From Eledone cirrhosa (Eukaryota): a DNA stretch of 64,000 nt. Below, one piece after another: positions 15,001 through 30,000 of the stretch. The first letter of the stretch is position 1. Every line of letters starts with the position of its first letter. A program made the translations under genes and the position numbers. The DNA is taken from positions 195,238,001 to 195,302,000 of the forward strand of contig OZ024741.1 of assembly GCA_964016885.1 (NCBI GenBank), written 5' to 3'. Below the pieces are notes generated by a model. That model was given only the letters and a program-made list of their open reading frames with translations. It did not search any database and was not told the origin of the DNA.

Positions 15001-18000
15001 CTGTTGTTGTTACTGTTGTTGTTACTGTTTTGTTACTTTAGTTGTTAATGTTACTGTTGGTGTTACTGTTTTGTTACTGTATTTCTTATTGTTACTGTTG
15101 TTGTTACTGTTTTGTTACTGTTGTTGTTATTGTTACTTTTGTTGTTACTGTTTTGTTACTGTAGTTGGAATTGTTACTGTTGTTGCTACTGTTTTGTTAC
15201 TGTAGTTGTTATTGTTACTGTTTTTGTTACTGTTTTGTTACTGTTGTTGCTATTGTTACTTTTGTTGTTACTGTTTTGTTACTGTAGTTGTTATTGTTAC
15301 TGTTAGTGTTACTGTTGGTGTTACTGTTTTGTTACTGTAGTTGTTATTGTTACTGTTGGTGTTACTGTTTTGTTACCGTAGTTGGTATTGTTACTGTTGG
15401 TGTTACTGTTTTGTTACTGTAGTTGTATATTTTTACTGTTGTTGTTACTGTTTTGTTACTGTTATTGTTATTGTTACTGTTGTTGTTACTGTTTTGTTAC
15501 TGTAGTTGGTATTGTTACTGTTGTTACTGTTTTGTTACCGTAGTTCTTGTTTGTTATTGTTGTTGTTACTGTAGTTGGTATTGTTATTGTTGTTGTTACT
15601 GTTTTGTTACTGTAGTTGTTATTGTTACTGTTGTTGTTACTGTGTTGTTACTGTAGTTATTATTGTTACTGTTGTTGTTACTGTTTTGTTACTGTAGTTG
15701 TTATTGTTACTGTTGTTGTTACTGTTTTGTTACTGTAGTTATTATTGTTACTGTTGTTGTTACTGTTTTGTTACTGTAGTTGTTATTGTTACTGTTTTTG
15801 TTACTGTTTTGTTACTGTAGTTGGTATTGTTACTGTTGTTACTGTTTTGTTACCGTAGTTCTTTTTGTTAGTGTTGTTGTTACTATTTTGTTACTGTAGT
15901 TATTATTGTTACTGTTGTTGTTACTGTTTTGTTACTGTAGTTGGTATTGTTACTGTTGTTGTTACTGTTTTGTTACTGTAATTGTTATTGTTACTGTTGT
16001 TGTTACTGTTTTGTTACTGTTGTTGTTACTGTTTTGTTACTGTAGTTGGTATTGTTACTGTTGTTGTTACTGTTTTGTTACTGTAATTGTTATTGTTACT
16101 GTTGTTGTTACTGTTTTGTTACTGTTGTTGTTACTGTTTTGTTACTGTAGTTGTTATTGTTACAGTTTTATTACTGTTCTGTTACTGTAGTAGTTATTGT
16201 TACTTTTCTTGTTACTGTTGTTGTTACTGTTTTGTTACCGTAGTTGTTATTGTTACTTTTGTTGTACTGTTGTTGTTACTGTTTTGTTACTGTAGTTGTT
16301 ATTGTTACTGTTGGTGTTACTGTTTTGTTACTGTAGTTATTACTTTTGTCGTTACTTTTGTTGTTACTGTTTTGTTACTGTAGTTGTTATTGTTACTTTT
16401 GTTGTTAGTGTTTTGTTATTGTAGTTGTTATTGTTACTGTTGGTGTTACTGTTGTTGTTACTGTTTTGTTACTGTAGTTGTTATTGTTACTGTTGGTGTT
16501 ACAGTTTTGTTACTGTAGTTGTTATTGTTACTGTTGTTGTTACTGTTTTGTTACTGTAGTTATTATTGTTACTGTTGGTGTTACTGTTTTGTTATTGTAG
16601 TTGTTATTGTTACTGTTGTTGTTACTGTTTTGTTACTGTTGTTGTTATTGTTACTGTTGTTGTTATTGTTACTGTTGTTGTTACTGTTTTGTTACTGTAG
16701 TTGTTTTTGTTATTGTAGTTGTTATTATTACTGTTGGTGTTACTGTTGTTGTTACTGTTTTGTTATTGTAGTTGTTATTGTTACTGTTGTTGTTACTGTT
16801 TTGTTATTGTTGTTGTTATTGTTACTGTTAGTGTTACTGTTGGTGTTACTGTTTTGTTACCGTAGTTGGTATTGTTACTGTTGGTGTTACTGTTTTGTTA
16901 CTGTAGTTGTTATTTTTACTGTTGTTGTTACTGTTTTGTTACTGTTATTGTTATTGTTACTGTTGTTGTTTCTGTTTTGTTACTGTAGTTGGTATTGTTA
17001 CTGTTGTTACTGTTTTGTTACCGTAGTTCTTGTTTGTTATTGTTGTTGTTACTGTAGTTGGTATTGTTATTGTTGTTGTTACTGTTTTGTTACTGTAGTT
17101 GTTATTGTTACTGTTGTTGTTACTGTGTTGTTACTGTAGTTATTATTGTTACTGTTGTTGTTACTGTTTTGTTACTGTAGTTGTTATTGTTACTGTTGTT
17201 GTTACTGTTTTGTTACTGTAGTTATTATTGTTACTGTTGTTGTTACTGTTTTGTTACTGTAGTTGTTATTGTTACTGTTGTTGTTACTGTTTTGTTACTG
17301 TAGTTGTTATTGTTACTGTTTTTGTTACTGTTTTGTTACTGTAGTTGGTATTGTTACTGTTGTTGTTACTGTTTTGTTACTGTAGTTGGTATAGTTACTG
17401 TTGTTACTGTTTTGTTACCGTAGTTCTTTTTGTTAGTGTTGTTGTTACTATTTTGTTACTGTAGTTATTATTGTTACTGCTGTTGTTACTGTTTTGTTAC
17501 TGTAGTTGTTATTGTTACTGTTGTTACTGTTTTGTTACCGTAGTTCTTTTTGTTAGTGTTGTTGTTACTATTTTGTTACTGTAGTTATTATTGTTACTGC
17601 TGTTGTTACTGTTTTGTTACTGTAGTTGGTATTGTTACTGTTGTTGTTACTGTTTTGTTACTGTAATTGTTATTGTTACTGTTGTTGTTACTGTTTTGTT
17701 ACTGTTGTTGTTACTGTTTTGTTACTGTAGTTGGTATTGTTACTGTTGTTGTTACTGTTTTCTTACTGTAGTTGTTATTGTTACTGTTGTTGTTACTGTC
17801 TTGTAACTGTTGTTGTTATTGTTACTGTTGGTGTTACTGTTTTGTTACTGTAGTTGGAATTGTTACTTTTGTTGTTACTGTTTTGTTACTGTAGTTGTTA
17901 TTGTTACTGTCGTTGTTACTGTTTTGTTACTGTTTGTTACTGTAGTTCTTATTGTTACTGTTGTTGTTACTGTTTTGTGACTGTAGTTGTTATTGTTACT

Positions 18001-21000
18001 GTTTTTGTTACTGTTTTGTTACTGTTTTGTTACTGTTGTTGTTATTGTTACTGTTGTTGTCACTGTTTTGTTACTGTAGTTGTTATTGTTACAGTTTTGT
18101 TACTGTTCTTTTACTGTAGTAGTTATAGTTATTGTTGGTGTGACTGTTTTGTTACTGTAGTTATTATTGTTATTGTTGGTGTTACTGTTTTGTTACTGTT
18201 GTGATTATCGTTACTATTGGTGTTACTGTTATGTTACTGTAGTTGGTATTCTTACTGTTGTTGTTACTGTTTTGTTACTGTTTGTTACTGTAGTTCTTAT
18301 TGTTACTGTTGTTGTTACTGTTTTGTGACTGTAGTTGTTATTGTTACTGTTTTTGTTACAGTTTTGTTACTGTTTTGTTACTGTTGTTGTTATTGTTACT
18401 GTTGTTGTTACTGTTTTGTTACTGTAGTTGTTTTTCTTATTGTTGTTGTTACTGTTTTGTTACTGTAGTTGTTTTTGTTATTGTTGGTGTTACTGTTTGT
18501 TACTGTAGTTGTTTTTGTTATTGTTCTTACTGTTTTGTTACTGTAGTTGTTATTGTTACTGTTGTTGTTACTGTTTTGTTACTGTAGTTGTTTTTGTTAT
18601 TGTTGTTACTGTTTTGTCACTGTAGTTGTTATTGTTACTGTTGTTGTTACTGTTTTGTTACTGTAGTTGTTATTGTTAATGTTGTTGTTTCTGTTTTGTT
18701 ACTGTATTTGTTATCGTTACTATTTTGTTACTGTAGTTGTTATTGTTTCTGTTGTTGTTACTGTTTTGTTACTGTAGTTGTTATTTTTACTGTTGTTGTT
18801 ACTGTTTTGTTACTGTAGTTGTTATTGTTACTGTCGTTTTTACTGTTTTGTTACTGTAGTTGTTATTATTACTGTTGTTGTTACTGTTTTGTTACTGTAG
18901 TTGTTACTGTTACTGTTGTTGTTACTGTTTTGGTACTGTAGTTGTTATTGTTACTGTTGTTGTTACTGTTTTGTTACTGTATTTGTTACTTTTGTTGTTA
19001 CTGTTGTTGTTACTGATTTGATACCGTAGTTGTTATTGTTACTGTTGTTGTTACTGTTGTTGTTACAGTTTTGTTACTGTAGTTGTTATTGTTACTGGTG
19101 GTGTTACTGTTTTGTTACTTTAGTTGTTACTTTTGTTGTTATTGTTGTTGTTACTGTTTTGTTACCGTAGTTGTTATTGCTACTGTTGTTGTTACTGTTG
19201 TTGTTACTGTTTTGTTACTTTAGTTGTTAATGTTACTGTTGTGTTACTGTTTTGTTACTGTATTTCTTATTGTTACTGTTGTTGTTACTGTTTTGTTACT
19301 GTTGTTGTTATTGTTACTTTTGTTGTTACTGTTTTGTTACTGTAGTTGGAATTGTTACTGTTGTTGCTACTGTTTTGTTACTGTAGTTGTTATTGTTACT
19401 GTTTTTGTTACTGTTTTGTTACTGTTGTTGCTATTGTTACTTTTGTTGTTACTGTTTTGTTACTGTAGTTGTTATTGTTACTGTTGTTGTTACTGTTGTT
19501 GTTACAGTTTTGTTACTGTAGTTGTTATTGTTACTGGTGGTGTTACTGTTTTGTTACTTTAGTTGTTACTTTTGTTGTTATTGTTGTTGTTACTGTTTTG
19601 TTACCGTAGTTGTTATTGCTACTGTTGTTGTTACTGTTGTTGTTACTGTTTTGTTACTTTAGTTGTTAATGTTACTGTTGTGTTACTGTTTTGTTACTGT
19701 ATTTCTTATTGTTACTGTTGTTGTTACTGTTTTCTTACTGTAGTTGTTATTGTTACTGTTGTTGTTACTGTCTTGTAACTGTTGTTGTTATTGTTACTGT
19801 TGGTGTTACTGTTTTGTTACTGTAGTTGGAATTGTTACTTTTGTTGTTACTGTTTTGTTACTGTAGTTGTTATTGTTACTGTCGTTGTTACTGTTTTGTT
19901 ACTGTTTGTTACTGTAGTTCTTATTGTTACTGTTGTTGTTACTGTTTTGTGACTGTAGTTGTTATTGTTACTGTTTTTGTTACTGTTTTGTTACTGTTTT
20001 GTTACTGTTGTTGTTATTGTTACTGTTGTTGTCACTGTTTTGTTACTGTAGTTGTTATTGTTACAGTTTTGTTACTGTTCTTTTACTGTAGTACTTATAG
20101 TTATTGTTGGTGTGACTGTTTTGTTACTGTAGTTATTATTGTTATTGTTGGTGTTACTGTTTTGTTACTGTTGTGATTATCGTTACTATTGGTGTTACTG
20201 TTATGTTACTGTAGTTGGTATTCTTACTGTTGTTGTTACTGTTTTGTTACTGTTTGTTACTGTAGTTCTTATTGTTACTGTTGTTGTTACTGTTTTGTGA
20301 CTGTAGTTGTTATTGTTACTGTTTTTGTTACAGTTTTGTTACTGTTTTGTTACTGTTGTTGTTATTGTTACTGTTGTTGTTACTGTTTTGTTACTGTAGT
20401 TGTTTTTCTTATTGTTGTTGTTACTGTTTTGTTACTGTAGTTGTTTTTGTTATTGTTGGTGTTACTGTTTGTTACTGTAGTTGTTTTTGTTATTGTTCTT
20501 ACTGTTTTGTTACTGTAGTTGTTATTGTTACTGTTGTTGTTACTGTTTTGTTACTGTAGTTGTTTTTGTTATTGTTGTTACTGTTTTGTCACTGTAGTTG
20601 TTATTGTTACTGTTGTTGTTACTGTTTTGTTACTGTAGTTGTTATTGTTAATGTTGTTGTTTCTGTTTTGTTACTGTATTTGTTATCGTTACTATTTTGT
20701 TACTGTAGTTGTTATTGTTTCTGTTGTTGTTACTGTTTTGTTACTGTAGTTGTTATTTTTACTGTTGTTGTTACTGTTTTGTTACTGTAGTTGTTATTGT
20801 TACTGTCGTTTTTACTGTTTTGTTACTGTAGTTGTTATTATTACTGTTGTTGTTACTGTTTTGTTACTGTAGTTGTTACTGTTACTGTTGTTGTTACTGT
20901 TTTGGTACTGTAGTTGTTATTGTTACTGTTGTTGTTACTGTTTTGTTACTGTATTTGTTACTTTTGTTGTTACTGTTGTTGTTACTGATTTGATACCGTA

Positions 21001-24000
21001 GTTGTTATTGTTACTGTTGTTGTTACTGTTGTTGTTACAGTTTTGTTACTGTAGTTGTTATTGTTACTGGTGGTGTTACTGTTTTGTTACTTTAGTTGTT
21101 ACTTTTGTTGTTATTGTTGTTGTTACTGTTTTGTTACCGTAGTTGTTATTGCTACTGTTGTTGTTACTGTTGTTGTTACTGTTTTGTTACTTTAGTTGTT
21201 AATGTTACTGTTGTGTTACTGTTTTGTTACTGTATTTCTTATTGTTACTGTTGTTGTTACTGTTTTGTTACTGTTGTTGTTATTGTTACTTTTGTTGTTA
21301 CTGTTTTGTTACTGTAGTTGGAATTGTTACTGTTGTTGCTACTGTTTTGTTACTGTAGTTGTTATTGTTACTGTTTTTGTTACTGTTTTGTTACTGTTGT
21401 TGCTATTGTTACTTTTGTTGTTACTGTTTTGTTACTGTAGTTGTTATTGTTACTGTTGTTGTTACTGTTGTTGTTACAGTTTTGTTACTGTAGTTGTTAT
21501 TGTTACTGGTGGTGTTACTGTTTTGTTACTTTAGTTGTTACTTTTGTTGTTATTGTTGTTGTTACTGTTTTGTTACCGTAGTTGTTATTGCTACTGTTGT
21601 TGTTACTGTTGTTGTTACTGTTTTGTTACTTTAGTTGTTAATGTTACTGTTGTGTTACTGTTTTGTTACTGTATTTCTTATTGTTACTGTTGTTGTTACT
21701 GTTTTGTTACTGTTATTGTTATTGTTACTGTTGTTGTTACTGTTTTGTTACTGTAGTTGGTATTGTTACTGTTGTTACTGTTTTGTTACCGTAGTTCTTG
21801 TTTGTTATTGTTGTTGTTACTGTAGTTGGTATTGTTATTGTTGTTGTTACTGTTTTGTTACTGTAGTTGTTATTGTTACTGTTGTTGTTACTGTGTTGTT
21901 ACTGTAGTTATTATTGTTACTGTTGTTGTTACTGTTTTGTTACTGTAGTTGTTATTGTTACTGTTGTTGTTACTGTTTTGTTACTGTAGTTATTATTGTT
22001 ACTGTTGTTGTTACTGTTTTGTTACTGTAGTTGTTATTGTTACTGTTGTTGTTACTGTTTTGTTACTGTAGTTGTTATTGTTACTGTTTTTGTTACTGTT
22101 TTGTTACTGTAGTTGGTATTGTTACTGTTGTTGTTACTGTTTTGTTACTGTAATTGTTATTGTTACTGTTGTTGTTACTGTTTTGTTACTGTTGTTGTTA
22201 CTGTTTTGTTACTGTAGTTGGTATTGTTACTGTTGTTGTTACTGTTTTCTTACTGTAGTTGTTATTGTTACTGTTGTTGTTACTGTCTTGTAACTGTTGT
22301 TGTTATTGTTACTGTTGGTGTTACTGTTTTGTTACTGTAGTTGGAATTGTTACTTTTGTTGTTACTGTTTTGTTACTGTAGTTGTTATTGTTACTGTCGT
22401 TGTTACTGTTTTGTTACTGTTTGTTACTGTAGTTCTTATTGTTACTGTTGTTGTTACTGTTTTGTGACTGTAGTTGTTATTGTTACTGTTTTTGTTACTG
22501 TTTTGTTACTGTTTTGTTACTGTTGTTGTTATTGTTACTGTTGTTGTCACTGTTTTGTTACTGTAGTTGTTATTGTTACAGTTTTGTTACTGTTCTTTTA
22601 CTGTAGTAGTTATAGTTATTGTTGGTGTGACTGTTTTGTTACTGTAGTTATTATTGTTATTGTTGGTGTTACTGTTTTGTTACTGTTGTGATTATCGTTA
22701 CTATTGGTGTTACTGTTATGTTACTGTAGTTGGTATTCTTACTGTTGTTGTTACTGTTTTGTTACTGTTTGTTACTGTAGTTCTTATTGTTACTGTTGTT
22801 GTTACTGTTTTGTGACTGTAGTTGTTATTGTTACTGTTTTTGTTACAGTTTTGTTACTGTTTTGTTACTGTTGTTGTTATTGTTACTGTTGTTGTTACTG
22901 TTTTGTTACTGTAGTTGTTTTTCTTATTGTTGTTGTTACTGTTTTGTTACTGTAGTTGTTTTTGTTATTGTTGGTGTTACTGTTTGTTACTGTAGTTGTT
23001 TTTGTTATTGTTCTTACTGTTTTGTTACTGTAGTTGTTATTGTTACTGTTGTTGTTACTGTTTTGTTACTGTAGTTGTTTTTGTTATTGTTGTTACTGTT
23101 TTGTCACTGTAGTTGTTATTGTTACTGTTGTTGTTACTGTTTTGTTACTGTAGTTGTTATTGTTAATGTTGTTGTTTCTGTTTTGTTACTGTATTTGTTA
23201 TCGTTACTATTTTGTTACTGTAGTTGTTATTGTTTCTGTTGTTGTTACTGTTTTGTTACTGTAGTTGTTATTTTTACTGTTGTTGTTACTGTTTTGTTAC
23301 TGTAGTTGTTATTGTTACTGTCGTTTTTACTGTTTTGTTACTGTAGTTGTTATTATTACTGTTGTTGTTACTGTTTTGTTACTGTAGTTGTTACTGTTAC
23401 TGTTGTTGTTACTGTTTTGGTACTGTAGTTGTTATTGTTACTGTTGTTGTTACTGTTTTGTTACTGTATTTGTTACTTTTGTTGTTACTGTTGTTGTTAC
23501 TGATTTGATACCGTAGTTGTTATTGTTACTGTTGTTGTTACTGTTGTTGTTACAGTTTTGTTACTGTAGTTGTTATTGTTACTGGTGGTGTTACTGTTTT
23601 GTTACTTTAGTTGTTACTTTTGTTGTTATTGTTGTTGTTACTGTTTTGTTACCGTAGTTGTTATTGCTACTGTTGTTGTTACTGTTGTTGTTACTGTTTT
23701 GTTACTTTAGTTGTTAATGTTACTGTTGTGTTACTGTTTTGTTACTGTATTTCTTATTGTTACTGTTGTTGTTACTGTTTTGTTACTGTTGTTGTTATTG
23801 TTACTTTTGTTGTTACTGTTTTGTTACTGTAGTTGGAATTGTTACTGTTGTTGCTACTGTTTTGTTACTGTAGTTGTTATTGTTACTGTTTTTGTTACTG
23901 TTTTGTTACTGTTGTTGCTATTGTTACTTTTGTTGTTACTGTTTTGTTACTGTAGTTGTTATTGTTACTGTTAGTGTTACTGTTGGTGTTACTGTTTTGT

Positions 24001-27000
24001 TACTGTAGTTGTTATTGTTACTGTTGGTGTTACTGTTTTGTTACCGTAGTTGGTATTGTTACTGTTGGTGTTACTGTTTTGTTACTGTAGTTGTTATTTT
24101 TACTGTTGTTGTTACTGTTTTGTTACTGTTATTGTTATTGTTACTGTTGTTGTTACTGTTTTGTTACTGTAGTTGGTATTGTTACTGTTGTTACTGTTTT
24201 GTTACCGTAGTTCTTGTTTGTTATTGTTGTTGTTACTGTAGTTGGTATTGTTATTGTTGTTGTTACTGTTTTGTTACTGTAGTTGTTATTGTTACTGTTG
24301 TTGTTACTGTGTTGTTACTGTAGTTATTATTGTTACTGTTGTTGTTACTGTTTTGTTACTGTAGTTGTTATTGTTACTGTTGTTGTTACTGTTTTGTTAC
24401 TGTAGTTATTATTGTTACTGTTGTTGTTACTGTTTTGTTACTGTAGTTGTTATTGTTACTGTTGTTGTTACTGTTTTGTTACTGTAGTTGTTATTGTTAC
24501 TGTTTTTGTTACTGTTTTGTTACTGTTGTTGGTATTGTTACTGTTGTTACTGTTTTGTTACCGTAGTTCTTTTTGTTAGTGTTGTTGTTACTATTTTGTT
24601 ACTGTAGTTATTATTGTTACTGTTGTTGTTACTGTTTTGTTACTGTAGTTGGTATTGTTACTGTTGTTGTTACTGTTTTGTTACTGTAATTGTTATTGTT
24701 ACTGTTGTTGTTACTGTTTTGTTACTGTTGTTGTTACTGTTTTGTTACTGTAGTTGGTATTGTTACTGTTGTTGTTACTGTTTTGTTACTGTAATTGTTA
24801 TTGTTACTGTTGTTGTTACTGTTTTGTTACTGTTGTTGTTACTGTTTTGTTACTGTAGTTGTTATTGTTACAGTTTTATTACTGTTCTGTTACTGTAGTA
24901 GTTATTGTTACTTTTCTTGTTACTGTTGTTGTTACTGTTTTGTTACCGTAGTTGTTATTGTTACTTTTGTTGTACTGTTGTTGTTACTGTTTTGTTACTG
25001 TAGTTGTTATTGTTACTGTTGGTGTTACTGTTTTGTTACTGTAGTTATTACTTTTCTCGTTACTTTTGTTGTTACTGTTTTGTTACTGTAGTTGTTATTG
25101 TTACTTTTGTTGTTAGTGTTTTGTTATTGTAGTTGTTATTGTTACTGTTGGTGTTACTGTTGTTGTTACTGTTTTGTTACTGTAGTTGTTATTGTTACTG
25201 TTGGTGTTACAGTTTTGTTACTGTAGTTGTTATTGTTACTGTTGTTGTTACTGTTTTGTTACTGTAGTTATTATTGTTACTGTTGGTGTTACTGTTTTGT
25301 TATTGTAGTTGTTATTGTTACTGTTGTTGTTACTGTTTTGTTACTGTTGTTGTTATTGTTACTGTTGTTGTTATTGTTACTGTTGTTGTTACTGTTTTGT
25401 TGCTGTAGTTGTTTTTGTTATTGTAGTTGTTATTATTACTGTTGGTGTTACTGTTGTTGTTACTGTTTTGTTATTGTAGTTGTTATTGTTACTGTTGTTG
25501 TTACTGTTTTGTTATTGTTGTTGTTATTGTTACTGTTGTTGTTATTGTTACTGTTGTTGTTACTGTTTTGTTACTGTAGTTGTTTTTGTTATTGTTGTTG
25601 TTACTCTTTTGTTACTGTAGTTGTTTTTGTTATTGTTGGTGTTACTGTTTTGTTACTGTAGTTGTTTTTGTTATTGTTGTTACTGTTTTGTTACTGTAGT
25701 TGTTATTGCTACTGTTGTTGTTACTGTTTTGTTACTGTAGTTGTTTTTGTTATTGTTGTTACTGTTTTGTTACTGTAATTGTTATTGTTACTGTTGTTGT
25801 TACTGTTTTGTTACTCCAGCTGTTTTTGTTATTGTTGGTGTTACTGTTTTGTTACTGTAGTTGTTATTGCTACAGTTTTATTACTGTTCTGTTACTGTAG
25901 TAGTTATTGTTACTTTACTTGTTACTGTTGTTGTTACTGTTTTGTTACTGTTGTTGTTATTGTTGTTGTTACTGTTTTTTTACTGTAGTTGTTATTGTTA
26001 CTGTTGGTGTTAATGTTTTGTTACTGTAGTTGTTATTGTTTCTGTTGTTGTTACTGTTTTATTGTTGTAGTTGTTATTGTTACTGTTGTTGTTACTGTTT
26101 TGTTGTTGTAGCTGTTATTGTTACTGTTGGTGTTACTGTTTTGTTACTGTTGTTGTTACTGTTTTGCTGTTGTAGCTGTTATTGTTACTGTTGGTGTTAC
26201 TGTTTTGTAACTGTAGTTCATATTGATACTGTAGTTGTTACTGTTTTGTTACTGTAGTTGTTGTTGTTACTGTTGTTGTTACTGTTTTGTTGTTGTAGTT
26301 GTTATTGTTACTGTTGTTGTTACTGTTTTGTTACTGTTTTGTTACTGTTTTGTTACTGTAGTTCTTATTGTTACTGTTGTTGTTACTGTTTTGTTACTCT
26401 TGTTGTTACTGTTTTGTGATTGTAGTTGTTATTGTTACTGTTGTTGTTACTGTTTTGTTACTGTAGTTGTTATTGTTACTGTTGTTGTTTCTGTTTTGTT
26501 ACTGTATTTGTTATCGTTACTATTTTGTTACTGTAGTTGTTATTGTTACTGTCGTTTTTACTGTTTTGTTACTGTAGTTGTTATTGTTACTGTTGTTGTT
26601 ACTGTTTTGTTACTGTAGTTGTTACTGTTACTGTTGTTGTTACTGTTTTGTTACTGTAGTTGTTATTGTTACTGTTGTTGTTACTGTTTTGTTACTGTAT
26701 TTGTTACTTTTGTTGTTACTGTTGTTGTTACTGATTTGATACCGTCGTTGTTATTGTTACTGTTGTTGTTACTGTTGTTGTTACAGTTTTGTTACTGTAG
26801 TTGTTATTGTTACTGGTGGTGTTACTGTTTTGTTACTTTAGTTGTTACTTTTGTTGTTATTGTTGTTGTTACTGTTTTGTTACCGTAGTTGTTATTGCTA
26901 CTGTTGTTGTTACTGTTGTTGTTACTGTTTTGTTACTTTAGTTGTTAATGTTACTGTTGGTGTTACTGTTTTGTTACTGTATTTCTTATTGTTACTGTTG

Positions 27001-30000
27001 TTGTTACTGTTTTGTTACTGTTGTTGTTATTGTTACTTTTGTTGTTACTGTTTTGTTACTGTAGTAGGAATTGTTACTGTTGTTGCTACTGTTTTGTTAC
27101 TGTAGTTGTTATTGTTACTGTTGGTGTTACTGTTTTGTTACTGTAGTTGTTATTGTTACTGTTGGTGTTACTGTTTTGTTACCGTAGTTGGTATTGTTAC
27201 TGTTGGTGTTACTGTTTTGTTACTGTAGTTGTTATTTTTACTGTTGTTGTTACTGTTTTGTTACTGTTATTGTTATTGTTACTGTTGTTGTTACTGTTTT
27301 GTTACTGTAGTTGGTATTGTTACTGTTGTTACTGTTTTGTTACCGTAGTTCTTGTTTGTTATTGTTGTTGTTACTGTAGTTGGTATTGTTATTGTTGTTG
27401 TTACTGTTTTGTTACTGTAGTTGTTATTGTTACTGTTGTTGTTACTGTGTTGTTACTGTAGTTATTATTGTTACTGTTGTTGTTACTGTTTTGTTACTGT
27501 AGTTGTTATTGTTACTGTTGTTGTTACTGTTTTGTTACTGTAGTTATTATTGTTACTGTTGTTGTTACTGTTTTGTTACTGTAGTTGTTATTGTTACTGT
27601 TGTTGTTACTGTTTTGTTACTGTAGTTGTTATTGTTACTGTTTTTGTTACTGTTTTGTTACTGTAGTTGGTATTGTTACTGTTGTTACTGTTTTGTTACC
27701 GTAGTTCTTTTTGTTAGTGTTGTTGTTACTATTTTGTTACTGTAGTTATTATTGTTACTGTTGTTGTTACTGTTTTGTTACTGTAGTTGGTATTGTTACT
27801 GTTGTTGTTACTGTTTTGTTACTGTAATTGTTATTGTTACTGTTGTTGTTACTGTTTTGTTACTGTAATTGTTATTGTTACTGTTGTTGTTACTGTTTTG
27901 TTACTGTAGCTGTTTTTGTTATTGTTGGTGTTACTGTTTTGTTACCGTAGTTGTTATTGTTACTTTTGTTGTACTGTTGTTGTTACTGTAGTTGTTATTT
28001 TCACTGTTGTTGTTACTGTTTTGTTACTGTAGTTTTTACTTTTGTTGTTACTGTTGTTGTTACTGTTTTGTTACCGTAGTTGTTATTGTTACTGTTGTTG
28101 TTACTATTTTGTTACTGTATTTGTTACTTTTGTTGTTACTGTTGTTGTTAATGATTTGATACCGTAGTTGTTATTGTTACTGTTGTTGTTACTGTTGTTG
28201 TTACAGTTTTGTTACTGTAGTTGTTATTGTTACTGGTGGTGTTACTGATTTGTTACTTTAGTTGTTACTTTTGTCGTTACTGTTGTTGTTACTGTTTTGT
28301 TACCGTAGTTGTTATTGCTACTGTTGTTGTTACTGTTGTTGTTACTGTTTTGTTACTGTAGTTGTTATTGTTACTGTTGGTGTTACTGTTTTGTTACTGT
28401 AGTTCTTATTGTTACTTTTGTTGTTACTGTTGTTGTTACAGTTTTGTTACTGTAGTTGTTATTGTTACTTTTGTTGTTGGTGTTTTGTTATTGTAGTTGT
28501 TATTGTTACTGTTGGTGTTATTGTTGGTGTTACTGTTTTGTTACTGTAGGTGTTATTGTTACTGTTGGTGTTACTGTTTTGTTACTGTAGTTGTTATTTT
28601 TACTGTTGATGTTACTGTTTTGTTACTGTTGTTGTTATTGTTACTGTTGTTGTTACTGTTTTGTTACTGTAGTTGGTATTGTTACTGTTGTTACTGTTTT
28701 GTTACCATAGTTCTTGTTTGTTATTGTTGTTGTTACTGTTTCGTTACTGTAGTTGGTATTGTTATTGTTGTTGTTACTGTTTTGTTACTGTAGTTGTTAT
28801 TGTTACTGTTGTTGTTACTGTGTTGTTACTGTAGTTATTATTGTTACTGTTGTTGTTACTTTTTTGTTACTGTAGTTGTTATTGTTACTGTTGTTGTTAC
28901 TGTTTTGTTACTGTAGTTATTATTGTTACTGTTGTTGTTACTGTTTTGTTACTGTAGTTGTTATTGTTACTGTTGTTGTTACTGTTTTGTTACTGTAGTT
29001 GTTATTGTTACTGTTTTGTTACTGTAGTTGGTATTGTTACTGTTGTTGTTACTGTTTTGTTACTGTAGTTATTATTGTTACTGTTGTTGTTACTGTTTTG
29101 TTACTGTTGTTGTTACTGTTTTGTTACTGTAGTTGTTATTGTTACAGTTTTGTTACTGTTCTGTTACTGTAGTAGTTATTGTTACTTTTCTTATTACTGT
29201 TGTTGTTACTGTTTTTTTACCGTAGTTGTTATTGTTACTGTTGTTGTTACTGTTGTTGTTACTGTTGTTGTTACTGTTTTGTTACTGTAGTTCTTATTGT
29301 TACTGTTGTTGTTACTGTTTTGTTACTGTAGTTATTACTTTTGTCGTTACTGTTGTTGTTACTGTTTTGGTACTGTAGTTGTTATTGTTACTTTTGTTGT
29401 TAGTGTTTTGTTATTGTAGTTGTTATTGTTACTGTTGGTGGTACTGTTGGTGTTACAGTTTTGTTACTGTAGTTGTTATTGTTACTGTTGGTGTTACTGT
29501 TGTTGTTACTGTTTTGTTACTGTAGTTGTTATTGTTACTGTTGGTGTTACAGTTTTGTTACTGTAGTTGTTATTGTTACTGTTGGTGTTACTGTTGTTGT
29601 TACTGTTTTGTTACTGTAGTTATTATTGTTACTGTTGGTGTTACTGTTTTGTTACTGTAGTTGTTATTGTTACTGTTGTTGTTACTGTTTTGTTACTGTA
29701 GTTGTTATTGTTACTGTTGTTGTTACTGTTTTGTTACTGTAGTTGTTATTGTTACTGTTGTTGTTACTGTTTTGTTACTGTAGTTGTTATTGTTACTTTT
29801 GTTGTTAGTGTTTTGTTATCGTAGTTGTTATTGTTACTGTTGGTGTTACTGTTGGTGTTACTGCTTTGTTACTGTAGTTGTTATTGTTACTGTTTTGTTA
29901 CTGTAGTTTTTATTGCTACTGTTGTTGTTACTGTTTTGTTATTGTAGTTGTTATTGTAACTGTTGTTGTTACTGTTTTGTTACTGTTGTTGTTATTGTTA

